Below are positions 1-10,017 of a stretch of DNA of 64,000 nucleotides, piece after piece. Under the pieces are notes generated by a model, which worked only from the letters and a program-made list of their open reading frames with translations, was not told the origin of the DNA and did no database searches. The DNA comes from Nitrosopumilus sp. Its GTDB lineage: Archaea; Thermoproteota; Nitrososphaeria; Nitrososphaerales; Nitrosopumilaceae. Positions within the stretch are counted from its first letter, which is position 1, and each line of letters opens with the position of its first letter. The translations under genes were made by a program, and so were the position numbers. The DNA lies in NCBI GenBank assembly GCA_965206745.1, contig OZ242220.1, positions 1,600,001 through 1,664,000 of the forward strand, written 5' to 3'.

Positions 1-507
1 AGTGCATCTGATGTAAAAATTAAAGCCGATAAAATCCCATTGAATTATGATTTGGGTTACAAGTGGAAATTTAATTGTCAAACTAATCTTTATGAGAAAA
101 CATCAGTAAAACAATCACAAGATGCAGGTATATTATTCTTAGAAAGATGTGTAAAACTTATTGCTCCTAATGGTAAAATAGGGATTGTATTACCGTCAGG
201 GGTTTTTAACAATAAAACAACCGAATATGTGCGTCAATGGATACAACAGAATATTGATGTCAAATTAGTTGTTAGTTTACCAATTCATACTTTCAAACTA
301 ACAAACGCTAATAATTTCACAAGTATTCTATTTGGAAAAAGAAAAATTAAACCTAATAACAATATACCAACATATGCTGTATCTATTGCTAATGACATAG
401 GGTTTGATGATAAGGGAAATACAGTAGATAAGAATAATAATAAAATACATTCTGACTTGGGACAAATTAAAGACTTGTTTTTCAAAAAAGTTGGGTGGGA
501 AAATTGA
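1..507 (+). CDS. hsdM: N6-adenine DNA methyltransferase, type I-like R-M M subunit (C-terminal part, 5' truncated by window)
   Basis: Frame open from base 1; LFLERCVKLIAPNGKIGIVLPSGVF and VVSLPxxTF...TSIL are typical N6_Mtase C-terminal motifs; overlaps an S-subunit gene. Confidence 0.8.
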   Translation, partial: SASDVKIKADKIPLNYDLGYKWKFNCQTNLYEKTSVKQSQDAGILFLERCVKLIAPNGKIGIVLPSGVFNNKTTEYVRQWIQQNIDVKLVVSLPIHTFKLTNANNFTSILFGKRKIKPNNNIPTYAVSIANDIGFDDKGNTVDKNNNKIHSDLGQIKDLFFKKVGWEN

Positions 508-1958
508 GTAGAGAATTAGTATTTGTTATATCGAAACCCACATTTCTTTATGAAAAAATGGATGCAAATTTCCTTCATCCAGAAAGAATAGAAACTATCA
601 AAAAATTACAAGATATGGAAAAAAATGGAATAATTGAAATGAAACAATTAACGAAAATTGTAAAAAATATTAAAAAAAGGAGTCCTGAAAATGAAAAAAT
701 AATATTGCCATGCATAGAATTAGCAGATATTCAACGTGATTATGGTCTCATTAATGTAAAACAGAGAACCATTAAAGATGCTGGAACATCTACAATATTC
801 TGTGAAGGCAACAATATTTTGTTTTCGCGTTTGAGACCATACTTGAACAAAGTTGCATTAATTCCACCATCTATCAAACAAGCAATATGTTCAGGAGAAT
901 TTTTTGTTTTTTCTAGAATAGACAAAACAATTCCTTTAGGTTATCTTTGGTTAGTATTACGATCTAATTTTATATTGAATCAAAGTATTCATTTGCCAAC
1001 TGGTTCATTACGCCCACGCATAGATGAAGATGATCTAAGTGACATAATAGTACCGCTTATTGTAGATAAAAAAAGGATTAAGGAGATTGATACACTTGTA
1101 CAAAAAGGACTTGGCGATTATTTTTCTGCTTCGAAAAATCTTAATACAGTAGAATCAAATTATTATAATTCAATTTCATTACCACCTCTATCAAAACCCC
1201 CAAAATTATTTTTTGCCATGTCAAATCTACCATCTGATTGTAAAAGACCATCCTATAGAATGGATCCATTATTCTTTCACTCACATTATTACGATAATTT
1301 GAAGCAAATCTTACATAAATGGGCAAAAGATCAAAGTGGTGAAATAAAAGAATTAGAGGATTTAGCAATTTCTATTGTAAGATGGAAATCTAAAGTTAGA
1401 GGTAAGATAGGCTCAACACCTAGATTAGGAGTTACTAACGTTACTAATCGAGATATTTTATGGGATTGTGATTATGTGGATGTGGAATTTCATCAAAATA
1501 ATTTTATGTTGCAGAAAAATGACTTATTGATTAGTTCTACAGGAATAGGTTCTACATGTAAAGTAGAAATTTATGATGAAAAACAACCAGCTATAACCGA
1601 TGGACATATAACAATTATACGACTAAAACCAGACATTGATCCTTATTTCTTGTTAGTTTATTTACGTTCTGAATATGGACAGAGACAATTAGCAAGAATG
1701 GAACGTGGTACAAGTGGTCAAATTGAAATTTATGCAGATGATGTAAAAAAACTATTGGTACCTTTTCATAAAAATAAAAAATTCATTTCCAAGGCTAAAC
1801 AAGAAATAAAAAATATGTCAAGCACAATTATTAATGCAAAAAAGAAATTGAATGAAGCAATGTATTTACTTGATGCATCATTTAAGAATGAAAAACCCAT
1901 AGATTTCAAAAAATTAGATACAGCTATTCCTAAAAAAGAATGGAGAATTTCACGATAA
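495..1958 (+). CDS. hsdS: Restriction-modification specificity (S) subunit, two TRDs
   Basis: Two TRD-like halves: ILFSRLRPYLNKVA..CSGEFFV..TGSLRPRI and DLLISSTGIGS..YFLLVYLRS..GTSGQ; translationally coupled to MTase. Confidence 0.8.
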   Translation: MGKLSRELVFVISKPTFLYEKMDANFLHPERIETIKKLQDMEKNGIIEMKQLTKIVKNIKKRSPENEKIILPCIELADIQRDYGLINVKQRTIKDAGTSTIFCEGNNILFSRLRPYLNKVALIPPSIKQAICSGEFFVFSRIDKTIPLGYLWLVLRSNFILNQSIHLPTGSLRPRIDEDDLSDIIVPLIVDKKRIKEIDTLVQKGLGDYFSASKNLNTVESNYYNSISLPPLSKPPKLFFAMSNLPSDCKRPSYRMDPLFFHSHYYDNLKQILHKWAKDQSGEIKELEDLAISIVRWKSKVRGKIGSTPRLGVTNVTNRDILWDCDYVDVEFHQNNFMLQKNDLLISSTGIGSTCKVEIYDEKQPAITDGHITIIRLKPDIDPYFLLVYLRSEYGQRQLARMERGTSGQIEIYADDVKKLLVPFHKNKKFISKAKQEIKNMSSTIINAKKKLNEAMYLLDASFKNEKPIDFKKLDTAIPKKEWRISR

Positions 1959-2011
1959 ATATTGCATTGAGAAATTGCTACGTGTCTTCACTTTCTCGTG
2001 GGCATTTTTAA

Positions 2012-2058
2012 GGCTCTGATCAAATATGGTAATCAGATCACCGTTTGTGACCCGAACC
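2012..2058. repeat. 47-bp imperfect palindrome (dispersed repeat B)
   Basis: ggctctgatcaaatatggtaatc-a-gatcaccgtttgtgacccgaacc; arms pair 16/23; homologous copies at 22523, 28848, 32372, 36475. Confidence 0.75.
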
Positions 2059-2084
2059 AGTAGATAAAATATCAGTTAACTTGT

Positions 2085-2255
2085 TCATATTCCGCTCTTC
2101 ACGATAATCTTTTTCCCATCTATTACAAACTGAACAGAGTCAGGGTTATCCAAAAATTCCAATATGGGTTTTGGTACTCTGCAAATTGTACTATGCCTTC
2201 CATCATCAGACAGTTTTACAGAAAATATGGTTTCATCTTTTTTCCAGCGTGTCAA
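2085..2255 (-). CDS. Small AbrB/MazE-like DNA-binding protein (56 aa, below ORF-track cutoff)
   Basis: Hand translation MTRWKKDETIFSVKLSDDGRHSTICRVPKPILEFLDNPDSVQFVIDGKKIIVKSGI; xxPKxIxxxL...VxF pattern of swapped-hairpin AbrB fold; divergent from transposase. Confidence 0.6.
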   Translation of the reverse strand: MTRWKKDETIFSVKLSDDGRHSTICRVPKPILEFLDNPDSVQFVIDGKKIIVKSGI

Positions 2256-2495
2256 CAATTCAACGAATATTCAATATTATAAAAATTAACCGATCGCTTA
2301 GTTTTGCATACGGTTAACAGTAAGCATTAAATAAGCATACGGATAATATAACTACATGAAGCAAAGAGCGAGACAAACAATGAAGAAGACAAAAAATTCA
2401 GAGGGAAATTCACTCCCAATGATGAATCTGGCGTTACCCGAGTTCTTGAATCTCTTTGCTTTTTCCACTTTATTAATTTTCAAGAGGTCTTACGC

Positions 2496-3629
2496 ATGAA
2501 CAAAAGAGCTCGAAGAGCAAATCAGATCATGGAACTGCCAAACTTATTTGTCATACTCAGGAAAGGGGAGTATCAGGTAAGATCACAGTTTAATCATGAT
2601 TTATCCTACATTGTAAAAAGCACAGGTTTGGGTCTGGTGTGTGAGTGTCCAGATCACCAAAGACGAAGGTCCGACTGCAAGCACATCAAGGTGGTTCTAT
2701 GTCACATCAAGGAAAACAAGATTGAAAACAATGCCTTTAGAATGATGGAGAGAAACGAGGTAAAAATATGCAGATACTGTGATTCTGGAAACATCAAGAA
2801 AAATGGTATTGCAAGAAACAAATTAAGAAATATTCAGATGTTCAAATGCAGAGATTGTGGTAAGAAATTCCGAGATAATCTTGGATTTGAGAGAATGAGG
2901 CATGATCCAACTGTTATAATTCAAAGTATAAGAAAATTGAACTCAAAAATGTCCACAAGGGCAATAGCAGATGATTTTGAGCAGGACAATAGGACTCTAT
3001 CTCATATGAGTGTGTATCGCTGGATAGGAAAATATTCTAATCTGATATTTGATTATGCAAGAACAATAACCCCAAGACTATCTGAAAAATGGAGAACTGA
3101 TGAATTGTACGCAAAATTCAGCGGTAAGGGAAAATGGGTCTATACCATGATGGATGATGAAACCCGATTCATGATTTCCCAACAAATTTCAGATACAAAA
3201 TATACAGAAGATGTAACCCCCATGTTTAGGGATGCGAGTAAATGGGCAGGTATGATTCCCCATACTTTGATTTCTGATGGAGCTCCAAACTTTCACAACA
3301 TATGGAAATTGGAATGGAGACAAAAAAATCAATATCGAAAACTGACTTCACATATTCGTCATATTCATCTTGCAGGAGATATGAACAATAACAAGATGGA
3401 AAGACTGAATGGAACAATGAGGGATTGGGAACAAACCAGACGAGGTCTGAAAAAGATGAATAGTCCCATGTTCAAGGGATTTATGATTTTTTATAATTTT
3501 GTCAAGAAACATGGGGGACTGGATGGAAAAACACCGGCAGAAGAAGCCTTGATTCACGTTATTGGGAAAAATAAATTACTGACCCTGATTCAAAATGCAA
3601 GTTTGGAGAAAAGCAGAAATGCCTTTTAG
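2496..3629 (+). mobile_element. IS6-like DDE transposase with N-terminal SWIM Zn finger and Zn ribbon
   Basis: CECPD..CKH (SWIM); CRYC..CRDC ribbon; WRTDE, ISDG, NNKMERLNG = DDE triad; YNF..H..L..KTPAE C-terminus. Confidence 0.85.
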
Positions 3630-3870
3630 ATGTCGAATTTGCCTCATAGGCTATGATGATAGTCAGAAGGCAGATAGCCTGGTGGTCATGGGAATTCTAA
3701 CTCACAGATGCAAGGAGTGTGTGAGAACAGGCAACACAGAAGCAAATACAACTCATTGTAGATTTTGTGATGAAAAACACAATAATCTACAAGATTTTGA
3801 TTGTGGAGAGAATATTGTACCTCTTTGTAAGAGATGTTATGATGAAGAAACCGTGAAACTTGGAAAATAA
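3619..3870 (+). CDS. Small Cys-rich (4x CxxC) zinc-finger protein, probable IS passenger
   Basis: CRIC, CKEC, CRFC, CKRC; start overlaps transposase end. Confidence 0.55.
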   Translation: MPFRCRICLIGYDDSQKADSLVVMGILTHRCKECVRTGNTEANTTHCRFCDEKHNNLQDFDCGENIVPLCKRCYDEETVKLGK

Positions 3871-3887
3871 TTAATTCTTGTTTGAGA

Positions 3888-4058
3888 ATCGATTTGAGGC
3901 AAGATCCGTGTTTGCAGAACCAGTCTCATCTCATATCAACTTGACAGAAAATCCTCGATTTTAGGATTTTTTGAATTAGAAGAAGATCCGTATTTGGTGT
4001 TTTACATGCCATGAGTTGATTAATTCAAGGATTTGAATTGGAATAAGATCCGTATTTC
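3888..4058 (-). repeat. Three clustered copies of dispersed motif A
   Basis: aagatccgt cores at 3901, 3983, 4045, preceded by tttgaatt(a/g)gaa-like sequence. Confidence 0.65.
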
Positions 4059-4137
4059 TACTCATGTCTAGCCCCCGTTAATGTTACAGAACCTTATTTT
4101 CAACAACTTTAAATCTTTGAAGGTAACTTATACTAGT

Positions 4138-4458
4138 ATGAGTGATTCTGAAGGACACAAAAATAGAGCAAAGCATTTTTCAGAACAAGTAAAGGCTAAA
4201 CTTGAAAATGAATTTGGCTCCAAAGTTGATTGGGAGGGTGATTCTCCGCCAAGTCTACAGTTTACCATAAAGACTGGCAAAAGTTATGAGATGAGACTAG
4301 AATACAATCAAACCGAAGACTCGTTTGAATTATATGATAAAGATGCCAAAACTCAAAGAAATGAAACACTTGGCAAGTTCTCACCTGCAAATGTCACAGA
4401 TCCAAAAGATACAACCGCCTCAGATGTTGTAGAAGCAGTAAAGAAACATGCAATTTGA
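4138..4458 (+). CDS. Hypothetical protein
   Basis: ORF, likely start MSDSEG at 4138; no recognisable motif. Confidence 0.6.
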   Translation: MSDSEGHKNRAKHFSEQVKAKLENEFGSKVDWEGDSPPSLQFTIKTGKSYEMRLEYNQTEDSFELYDKDAKTQRNETLGKFSPANVTDPKDTTASDVVEAVKKHAI

Positions 4459-4586
4459 AGAATATTTTTTTAGATTTAAAAAATTATAGACATTATCATC
4501 CATGATCCATTTTATGAAACCGTTGCATGCTGGAATTTCCCTTCACAACATATCAAGATATTAGTCATTAGTGTCTGAAAAAAACG

Positions 4587-5438
4587 ATGCGCAGGCACTC
4601 CAAACATCCTGAATTTGTAAATTTGGAGAAGATTGTCTGGGAGGGCCTAAACAACATCGGCAGGACCATACCGCAAATAGAAAAACAAGAGGATAAAACT
4701 ATCAAAATCAGCCCTGAGCAGAAATCATCTATAAACGACCCAATCTGGCACACCAAGCCCGAGTTGGATCAGTATGTCGCAAAAGAACTGGGATTGGTAT
4801 TAAAGGACTATGGAGATAACACAAAGACAAACGCGCTTTACAATGCAGTCGTATCTGAAGTGCGCAGATTACGAAAATGCAACATCCTCATAGACTGGCA
4901 TCTGACTGAAAGCAAGAAAAGAGGAATGGGCTTGTGGAGATTGGACAAAACAAAGCTTGAAAAATTTGTACACCGGCGCGCAGATCAAGAGATGAGGGAG
5001 AGCAACTTTTATTCGAATGGCAAGACCTCGATGATCTTTGTAAGGCAAAAGCAGGTCGCCTTTAGAAAAAAGTTGCTTGGAGAATATGGCAAGTGCGCAT
5101 TATGCGGATTCAAGCTTCCAGACTACATGATTGGGGCCCACATCGTACCCTATTCAGTGATGAGAAGAGAGGATGCGGCAAATGCAATGAATCCTGCCAA
5201 CGGGCTGCTGCTGTGCAGACTCTGCGATGTCGCATTTGAAAAGGGATCCATAACACTAGAGTCGGATTTGGGAATAACAATATCTGACTATCTGGCTGAG
5301 CAGGAGAGTCCTGCTGTAAGGTCCTGGCTTGGGCCGATTCCGGCAGAACTGCGCATCAGGGCAGATGCAAAGTATCCTCCGGATCCCAGCTATCTGAAAT
5401 GGAAGAAGAGGTTGCTTGCCAGTGCATGCTTGAATTAG
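4587..5438 (+). CDS. HNH endonuclease (HNH_2 type), putative modification-dependent restriction enzyme
   Basis: RQKQVAFR..CALCG..GAHIVP..NGLLLCRLCDVAF..P..YLKW; N-terminal helical/wHTH-like region. Confidence 0.8.
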   Translation: MRRHSKHPEFVNLEKIVWEGLNNIGRTIPQIEKQEDKTIKISPEQKSSINDPIWHTKPELDQYVAKELGLVLKDYGDNTKTNALYNAVVSEVRRLRKCNILIDWHLTESKKRGMGLWRLDKTKLEKFVHRRADQEMRESNFYSNGKTSMIFVRQKQVAFRKKLLGEYGKCALCGFKLPDYMIGAHIVPYSVMRREDAANAMNPANGLLLCRLCDVAFEKGSITLESDLGITISDYLAEQESPAVRSWLGPIPAELRIRADAKYPPDPSYLKWKKRLLASACLN

Positions 5439-5529
5439 AACGGATTTTGGTGAATCTTTGGAATGTGCGTTTTTTGTAGGGTACAATAAAATAACTCTTA
5501 ATAATATATGAGCGTCTGATGAATCGTGT

Positions 5530-6531
5530 ATGACCTCGGATTTGGATGAGAAAACAAAATCCTTGAATCAAAGTGGGGCGTTTTTACAACTTCATGTGAT
5601 AAATCAGCTAGAAAAATGTGGTTGGAATGTATTATCTGAATATCCAGTGCGCATCTCTCCATTCATAGATTCACCTGAAAATGATGATACGATAAAGCAG
5701 GGCTTGGAAAATGATGCAGGTGTTGAACCAAACAGTTTTGTGAGGACAGTCAGAAATTGCATGGATAAAACAACAGTAAAAGAGACATCTATTGATGTGA
5801 TTGCAGCCAAATACGCACATAGGAGACAAATGCATACCCTATGTATCGAATCAAAGAAATTACATCCTGATTTTGTGGATTGGGTGTTTTTCAAGCAAAC
5901 GCAATCTGATGGAAAACTGCGACTTTTAGTTAAAAGTGAGTGCGAACCGGAGGTTCCACTATTTACGACGCCAAAAACCACAAAATATGAAAAAACACAT
6001 CTTGAAATATGCACCATTAAAGAATTCTCAGGTTATGAGATATGCGATTTTGGAATATCACTAAAAAATAAAAAAATAGATAATGAATATTACAAATCAG
6101 ATAAGACAAAAGTTGATGATGCAACTCGGCAGATAATGGAGGGAACGTACGGATACATTGTAGATAAAATATTGCAAAATATACAACAAGGTGAACCAGA
6201 TCTTCAGAATAATGATATAGAGTGCTTTTTTCCAATAGTTGTAACAAATGCAAATTTATTCGTATGTGATGTTGATAAGAATAAAATAGATCCACAAAAA
6301 GGGACTATAAATGAGAATCCAGAATACATGCCAGTTGATTCTCTGATTTACGAATGTCCTACACCAAGTACCATCCAATTCCCTGAACCGTTTAAAGCAA
6401 TCCTTGATTCAGATAAAAATCGTGCAATAAAAAAATGGCATGTATTAGTATTATCGCCAAAAGGTTTTGCTGAATTTCTAGATATACTTGACAAATCACA
6501 TATTTCTAAAATAACCAAGAATCCATTTTGA
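5530..6531 (+). CDS. PD-(D/E)XK nuclease-fold protein
   Basis: SGAFLQ..V...L...GW.V..EYP, SIDVIA, LCIESKK, PIVVTNA. Confidence 0.65.
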   Translation: MTSDLDEKTKSLNQSGAFLQLHVINQLEKCGWNVLSEYPVRISPFIDSPENDDTIKQGLENDAGVEPNSFVRTVRNCMDKTTVKETSIDVIAAKYAHRRQMHTLCIESKKLHPDFVDWVFFKQTQSDGKLRLLVKSECEPEVPLFTTPKTTKYEKTHLEICTIKEFSGYEICDFGISLKNKKIDNEYYKSDKTKVDDATRQIMEGTYGYIVDKILQNIQQGEPDLQNNDIECFFPIVVTNANLFVCDVDKNKIDPQKGTINENPEYMPVDSLIYECPTPSTIQFPEPFKAILDSDKNRAIKKWHVLVLSPKGFAEFLDILDKSHISKITKNPF

Positions 6532-6726
6532 CTGTAATTGAATCACAGTGATGAGAAAAATCTCATTCAGATAGTACCATTATTGTCCTTATGACTTCAA
6601 ATTAAGAATAAAATTGTGTCTTATGCAAAATGATGATCAGATTATCAAAATATACTAAATCGATATGAATTTAATTTCTTCTGCATATAAAAATAACATT
6701 ATATTTGAACAATACCATGTTTTTGC

Positions 6727-7302
6727 ATGGATTTTAATCTCATATTTTCAGTTTTGATACCCGTAGGTTCTGCTATTGCTATTAGTCTATTTTTCAAATA
6801 CAAATTACGATCGAAAATTGAAAAAACATTTGAAAAGAATAGAGATGAGGCATTGGCTAAATTATCTATTTTATTGTTTGAGTATGATTCTAAATTCGGG
6901 TATTTCTATGAGTTTTTTGAAAAAGAATTTTTTGTTCTAACAGATAATAAAGTAGAGTTTGAACTAAAACCACAACAGAGAGATAGATTGGATCAGGCTT
7001 ACAAAAATTATAAAACTCCCATCAAGGGAATTTTTGATGAATTTGAAGATTTGAAATATTTGAGTGATTTTGTAGGCTTGGATATACTCAAAATCATTCG
7101 GTACTATTTTTCTACTTCTCATAATTATTGTCAAAGTTTATCACAACAAATGAATGATATTTATTATTTAGAGCAGAGATCACAGAGTGCTGTAAATCTG
7201 ATAGTTTGCATAAAAAAAGAAGGCATTCCTAAAGGAAATTTAGGATATTTTCTAAATGAATTTGTATCTAAATGGGAAAACAGGTTAGGCTACATCATTT
7301 AG
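6727..7302 (+). CDS. Membrane-anchored hypothetical protein
   Basis: N-terminal hydrophobic helix LIFSVLIPVGSAIAISLFF followed by helical soluble region. Confidence 0.65.
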   Translation: MDFNLIFSVLIPVGSAIAISLFFKYKLRSKIEKTFEKNRDEALAKLSILLFEYDSKFGYFYEFFEKEFFVLTDNKVEFELKPQQRDRLDQAYKNYKTPIKGIFDEFEDLKYLSDFVGLDILKIIRYYFSTSHNYCQSLSQQMNDIYYLEQRSQSAVNLIVCIKKEGIPKGNLGYFLNEFVSKWENRLGYII

Positions 7303-7634
7303 ATTTCATTTTGTTACACAACTCTTAATTTTTTTGCAGTAAAAAGATACCAGATGAAAACTAGCCTCCAGCAGACATCATGTCGGCAAGATATAAGATT
7401 TGGCGCAACTCTGCCGAACTTGAAAAACATGCGGGCCAGTCTATTGCAGAAATGAGGCATTCTTCAGGTTTATCAGTATGAGATAAGAGTAACATCCTGT
7501 TTTTTCAAAGACATCTCCACTTTTGATCAGTTCTTTTTAGTTTTTTGTCGGATCTGCTAACATCTTGTTTTACCAGTTTGTGGGGGGTTTATGGACAACA
7601 CATATGCAGACGTATTATTAGATAGGCCAGACCA

Positions 7635-9659
7635 CTAGGATGGTTGTGGGTTTGCCAATCGAATACATTCTTTGAAAATTTTTTCAAAGATTTGTAATTT
7701 TTCAGCAGACACTATTTTTTCTGCAAAACTGTATGCAATTGCCGGTTTTGATGATTTATTTTCTCGTTTAGCCTCAGAATATGCATCGGAATCAATACGT
7801 TCCATCAGATCTTCCAAATCCCCACCTTCTATGACTAAAACAGGACCATCTGGACATACATCGTCTTTAGAGATGGTTCCACTTGAATCAAAAAGGTCTT
7901 TTGCATCATAGTCAGCTATAATCAAGTATGGAATTTCAAAACTTGCCATTAACTTTTCATACTTGGCAAAACCATCCTTTCCGCCAACTTGTGTAATTAT
8001 TATATCGTTTCCAGTAATATCAGCACCCTTTGAACGAGATTCCAAGAAATTAGAGATTCCAATCAAGAGATTTTTATCAGAATCACCTTCGGTAAAAATA
8101 ACACCTTTACTAAAAAATATCTGCGTATCTAGTTGATGTCTTAGCCTATGACGATTTTCATTAAACCATGTCTCTGTTTCCCCATCTAGTTTTTTTACAA
8201 CTGTATGTTGGTCCGTCTTGCGTAAATATAGTATGTCAGATTTCTCTTCAAAAATTTCATGGCTTGTAAGTTCAGGGGAATGTGTAATTACAATAAATTG
8301 ATTGGTATTATCCGAATTTTGCAATGATCTGGTCAGTGATTTCATTAAATTTGGGTGTAGGTTGACTGATGGTTCATCCAACAAGATGACAGAGTTGCTT
8401 ACTCCATGTGCTAACGTTAGGAGGTAGATTACCTCCAATATTCCAGAACCCACTTGATTAGTTGGAAATTGTCTTTCTAACTTTTTATCAACGATCATGA
8501 TGGCAGGTATTTTGGGTTTTGGAGGATTCAAATTTCCCACAAGATCATAGTCTGGACGATGTCTAGATTGTAATAATACATCAAAATCTAAATTGTTTGT
8601 TTCAAATATATCATGAAATTCATTTTTAATTTTAGAAAATTTGATTCTGGCATTTTGTTTTGGAGAATTTTTCAGACTAAACAGAAATTGTGTCAAATTA
8701 CTCCCATCAGATTTTAACATATCATCAAATTCAATGACTTTATCAAGTGCCCGTTGATCTAGTACTTTATTAAAATCATTTCTTGTTTCCCCATCAACAT
8801 TTACTTGTTGTGTATATGGAATTTTCAAAAAATGGGCATAGTCCAAAAGAGTTAGAGATGGATTAGATCTGTTACCTGAAGAATGAATAATGCCTTTTTG
8901 GAGAATTTGCCCCAGTATCTCTAGAAAACTTATGCTGTTACTATATCCAGGATAAAGTTCTAGATAAGATAACAGTTCTGTTAGAGTTTTTTTTCCCACA
9001 TCATCATACTGTTCATGTTTTCCTGCTTCAATATTTGATAAAAAAATGCTTGTTTGAATTTTATCATCAAAAATATGATCGATATGCTCAACTGTGTTTT
9101 TTATTTCAGTTATTCCATCAAGTATATTAAAAAATTTGATTTTTTTTTCCATTGTAGTTTCAATATTTTTTGCTGGAAATTTATTTGATATTTTGAAACT
9201 AGAAAATGAATTATTAAAAAATTTCAAACCACTTTTAGGAAAATTAATTTTTATAAAAGAGTCAGATTCATATCCCTTTACTACTTTTTCCCATGACAGA
9301 TTGATTGTCATTTCATCAAATAATTCTAGTAAGATTTCTCTGTTCTCAAAATGATGATATTTTACTCGGTCAGTTACTGTGTCAGTATAAAAACCGAAAC
9401 AATCTATGATTTTTTGAGTTTCATCAGTTGAAAGTTTTAGAGATATTTCTAGAGATGGATTGAGATGGCCGATTGAAATCTTTGAATCATCTAAAGAAGA
9501 TCTGTGTAATGTATCAGTTAAAAGCTTCAAAAGTCGAAATATATTTGATTTGCCAGAATTGTTAGGTCCTACTATTACCATGTTATTTGTAAATTTAAAA
9601 TTAATCGGTTTGTAGAAAGAATACAATCCTTCGCATCTAAGATGTTGCAGACATACCAT
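7635..9659 (-). CDS. OLD-family ATP-dependent nuclease (ABC ATPase + TOPRIM)
   Basis: Walker A GPNNSGKS, signature GSG, Walker B ILLDEP, ITHS, TOPRIM TEGDSD and DYD. Confidence 0.85.
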   Translation of the reverse strand: MVCLQHLRCEGLYSFYKPINFKFTNNMVIVGPNNSGKSNIFRLLKLLTDTLHRSSLDDSKISIGHLNPSLEISLKLSTDETQKIIDCFGFYTDTVTDRVKYHHFENREILLELFDEMTINLSWEKVVKGYESDSFIKINFPKSGLKFFNNSFSSFKISNKFPAKNIETTMEKKIKFFNILDGITEIKNTVEHIDHIFDDKIQTSIFLSNIEAGKHEQYDDVGKKTLTELLSYLELYPGYSNSISFLEILGQILQKGIIHSSGNRSNPSLTLLDYAHFLKIPYTQQVNVDGETRNDFNKVLDQRALDKVIEFDDMLKSDGSNLTQFLFSLKNSPKQNARIKFSKIKNEFHDIFETNNLDFDVLLQSRHRPDYDLVGNLNPPKPKIPAIMIVDKKLERQFPTNQVGSGILEVIYLLTLAHGVSNSVILLDEPSVNLHPNLMKSLTRSLQNSDNTNQFIVITHSPELTSHEIFEEKSDILYLRKTDQHTVVKKLDGETETWFNENRHRLRHQLDTQIFFSKGVIFTEGDSDKNLLIGISNFLESRSKGADITGNDIIITQVGGKDGFAKYEKLMASFEIPYLIIADYDAKDLFDSSGTISKDDVCPDGPVLVIEGGDLEDLMERIDSDAYSEAKRENKSSKPAIAYSFAEKIVSAEKLQIFEKIFKECIRLANPQPS

Positions 9660-10017
9660 TGTTGTATGATGTGTGATTAGAGTTTAAAATGATTCGATTC
9701 ATTTTGTACAAGAATTTGTGTGTATGATAAATCTCAACATATTCTGAAAAGAAAAAGATAATAAAATTGCTCAGGGAAGACCGTACAGTGCAGGTGATAT
9801 AAGAAGAATAAAAGACAATGGAAGAAAGGACAGAACTATAGTGATAAACAAAAGTTTGTTGAAGTGGATCTAATTGTTTGCCTTAAGGGAAAATAGTAAA
9901 GATGGAGGCAAATTTTTGATCGATACTATAGTTATGAGAAAAATCTCATTTAGATAGAAAGTATTGTATAAAATAAAAAATAATTGGAATAACAATGAAT
10001 TTTTGATCATGACTACA

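Noticed and set aside
3888-4058. Mini CRISPR array
   Set aside because: Only three degenerate copies with uneven spacing (82 and 62 bp), no cas genes, and the same motif is dispersed singly elsewhere
7635-9659. Gabija (GajAB)
   Set aside because: No adjacent UvrD-like GajB; treated as a stand-alone OLD nuclease
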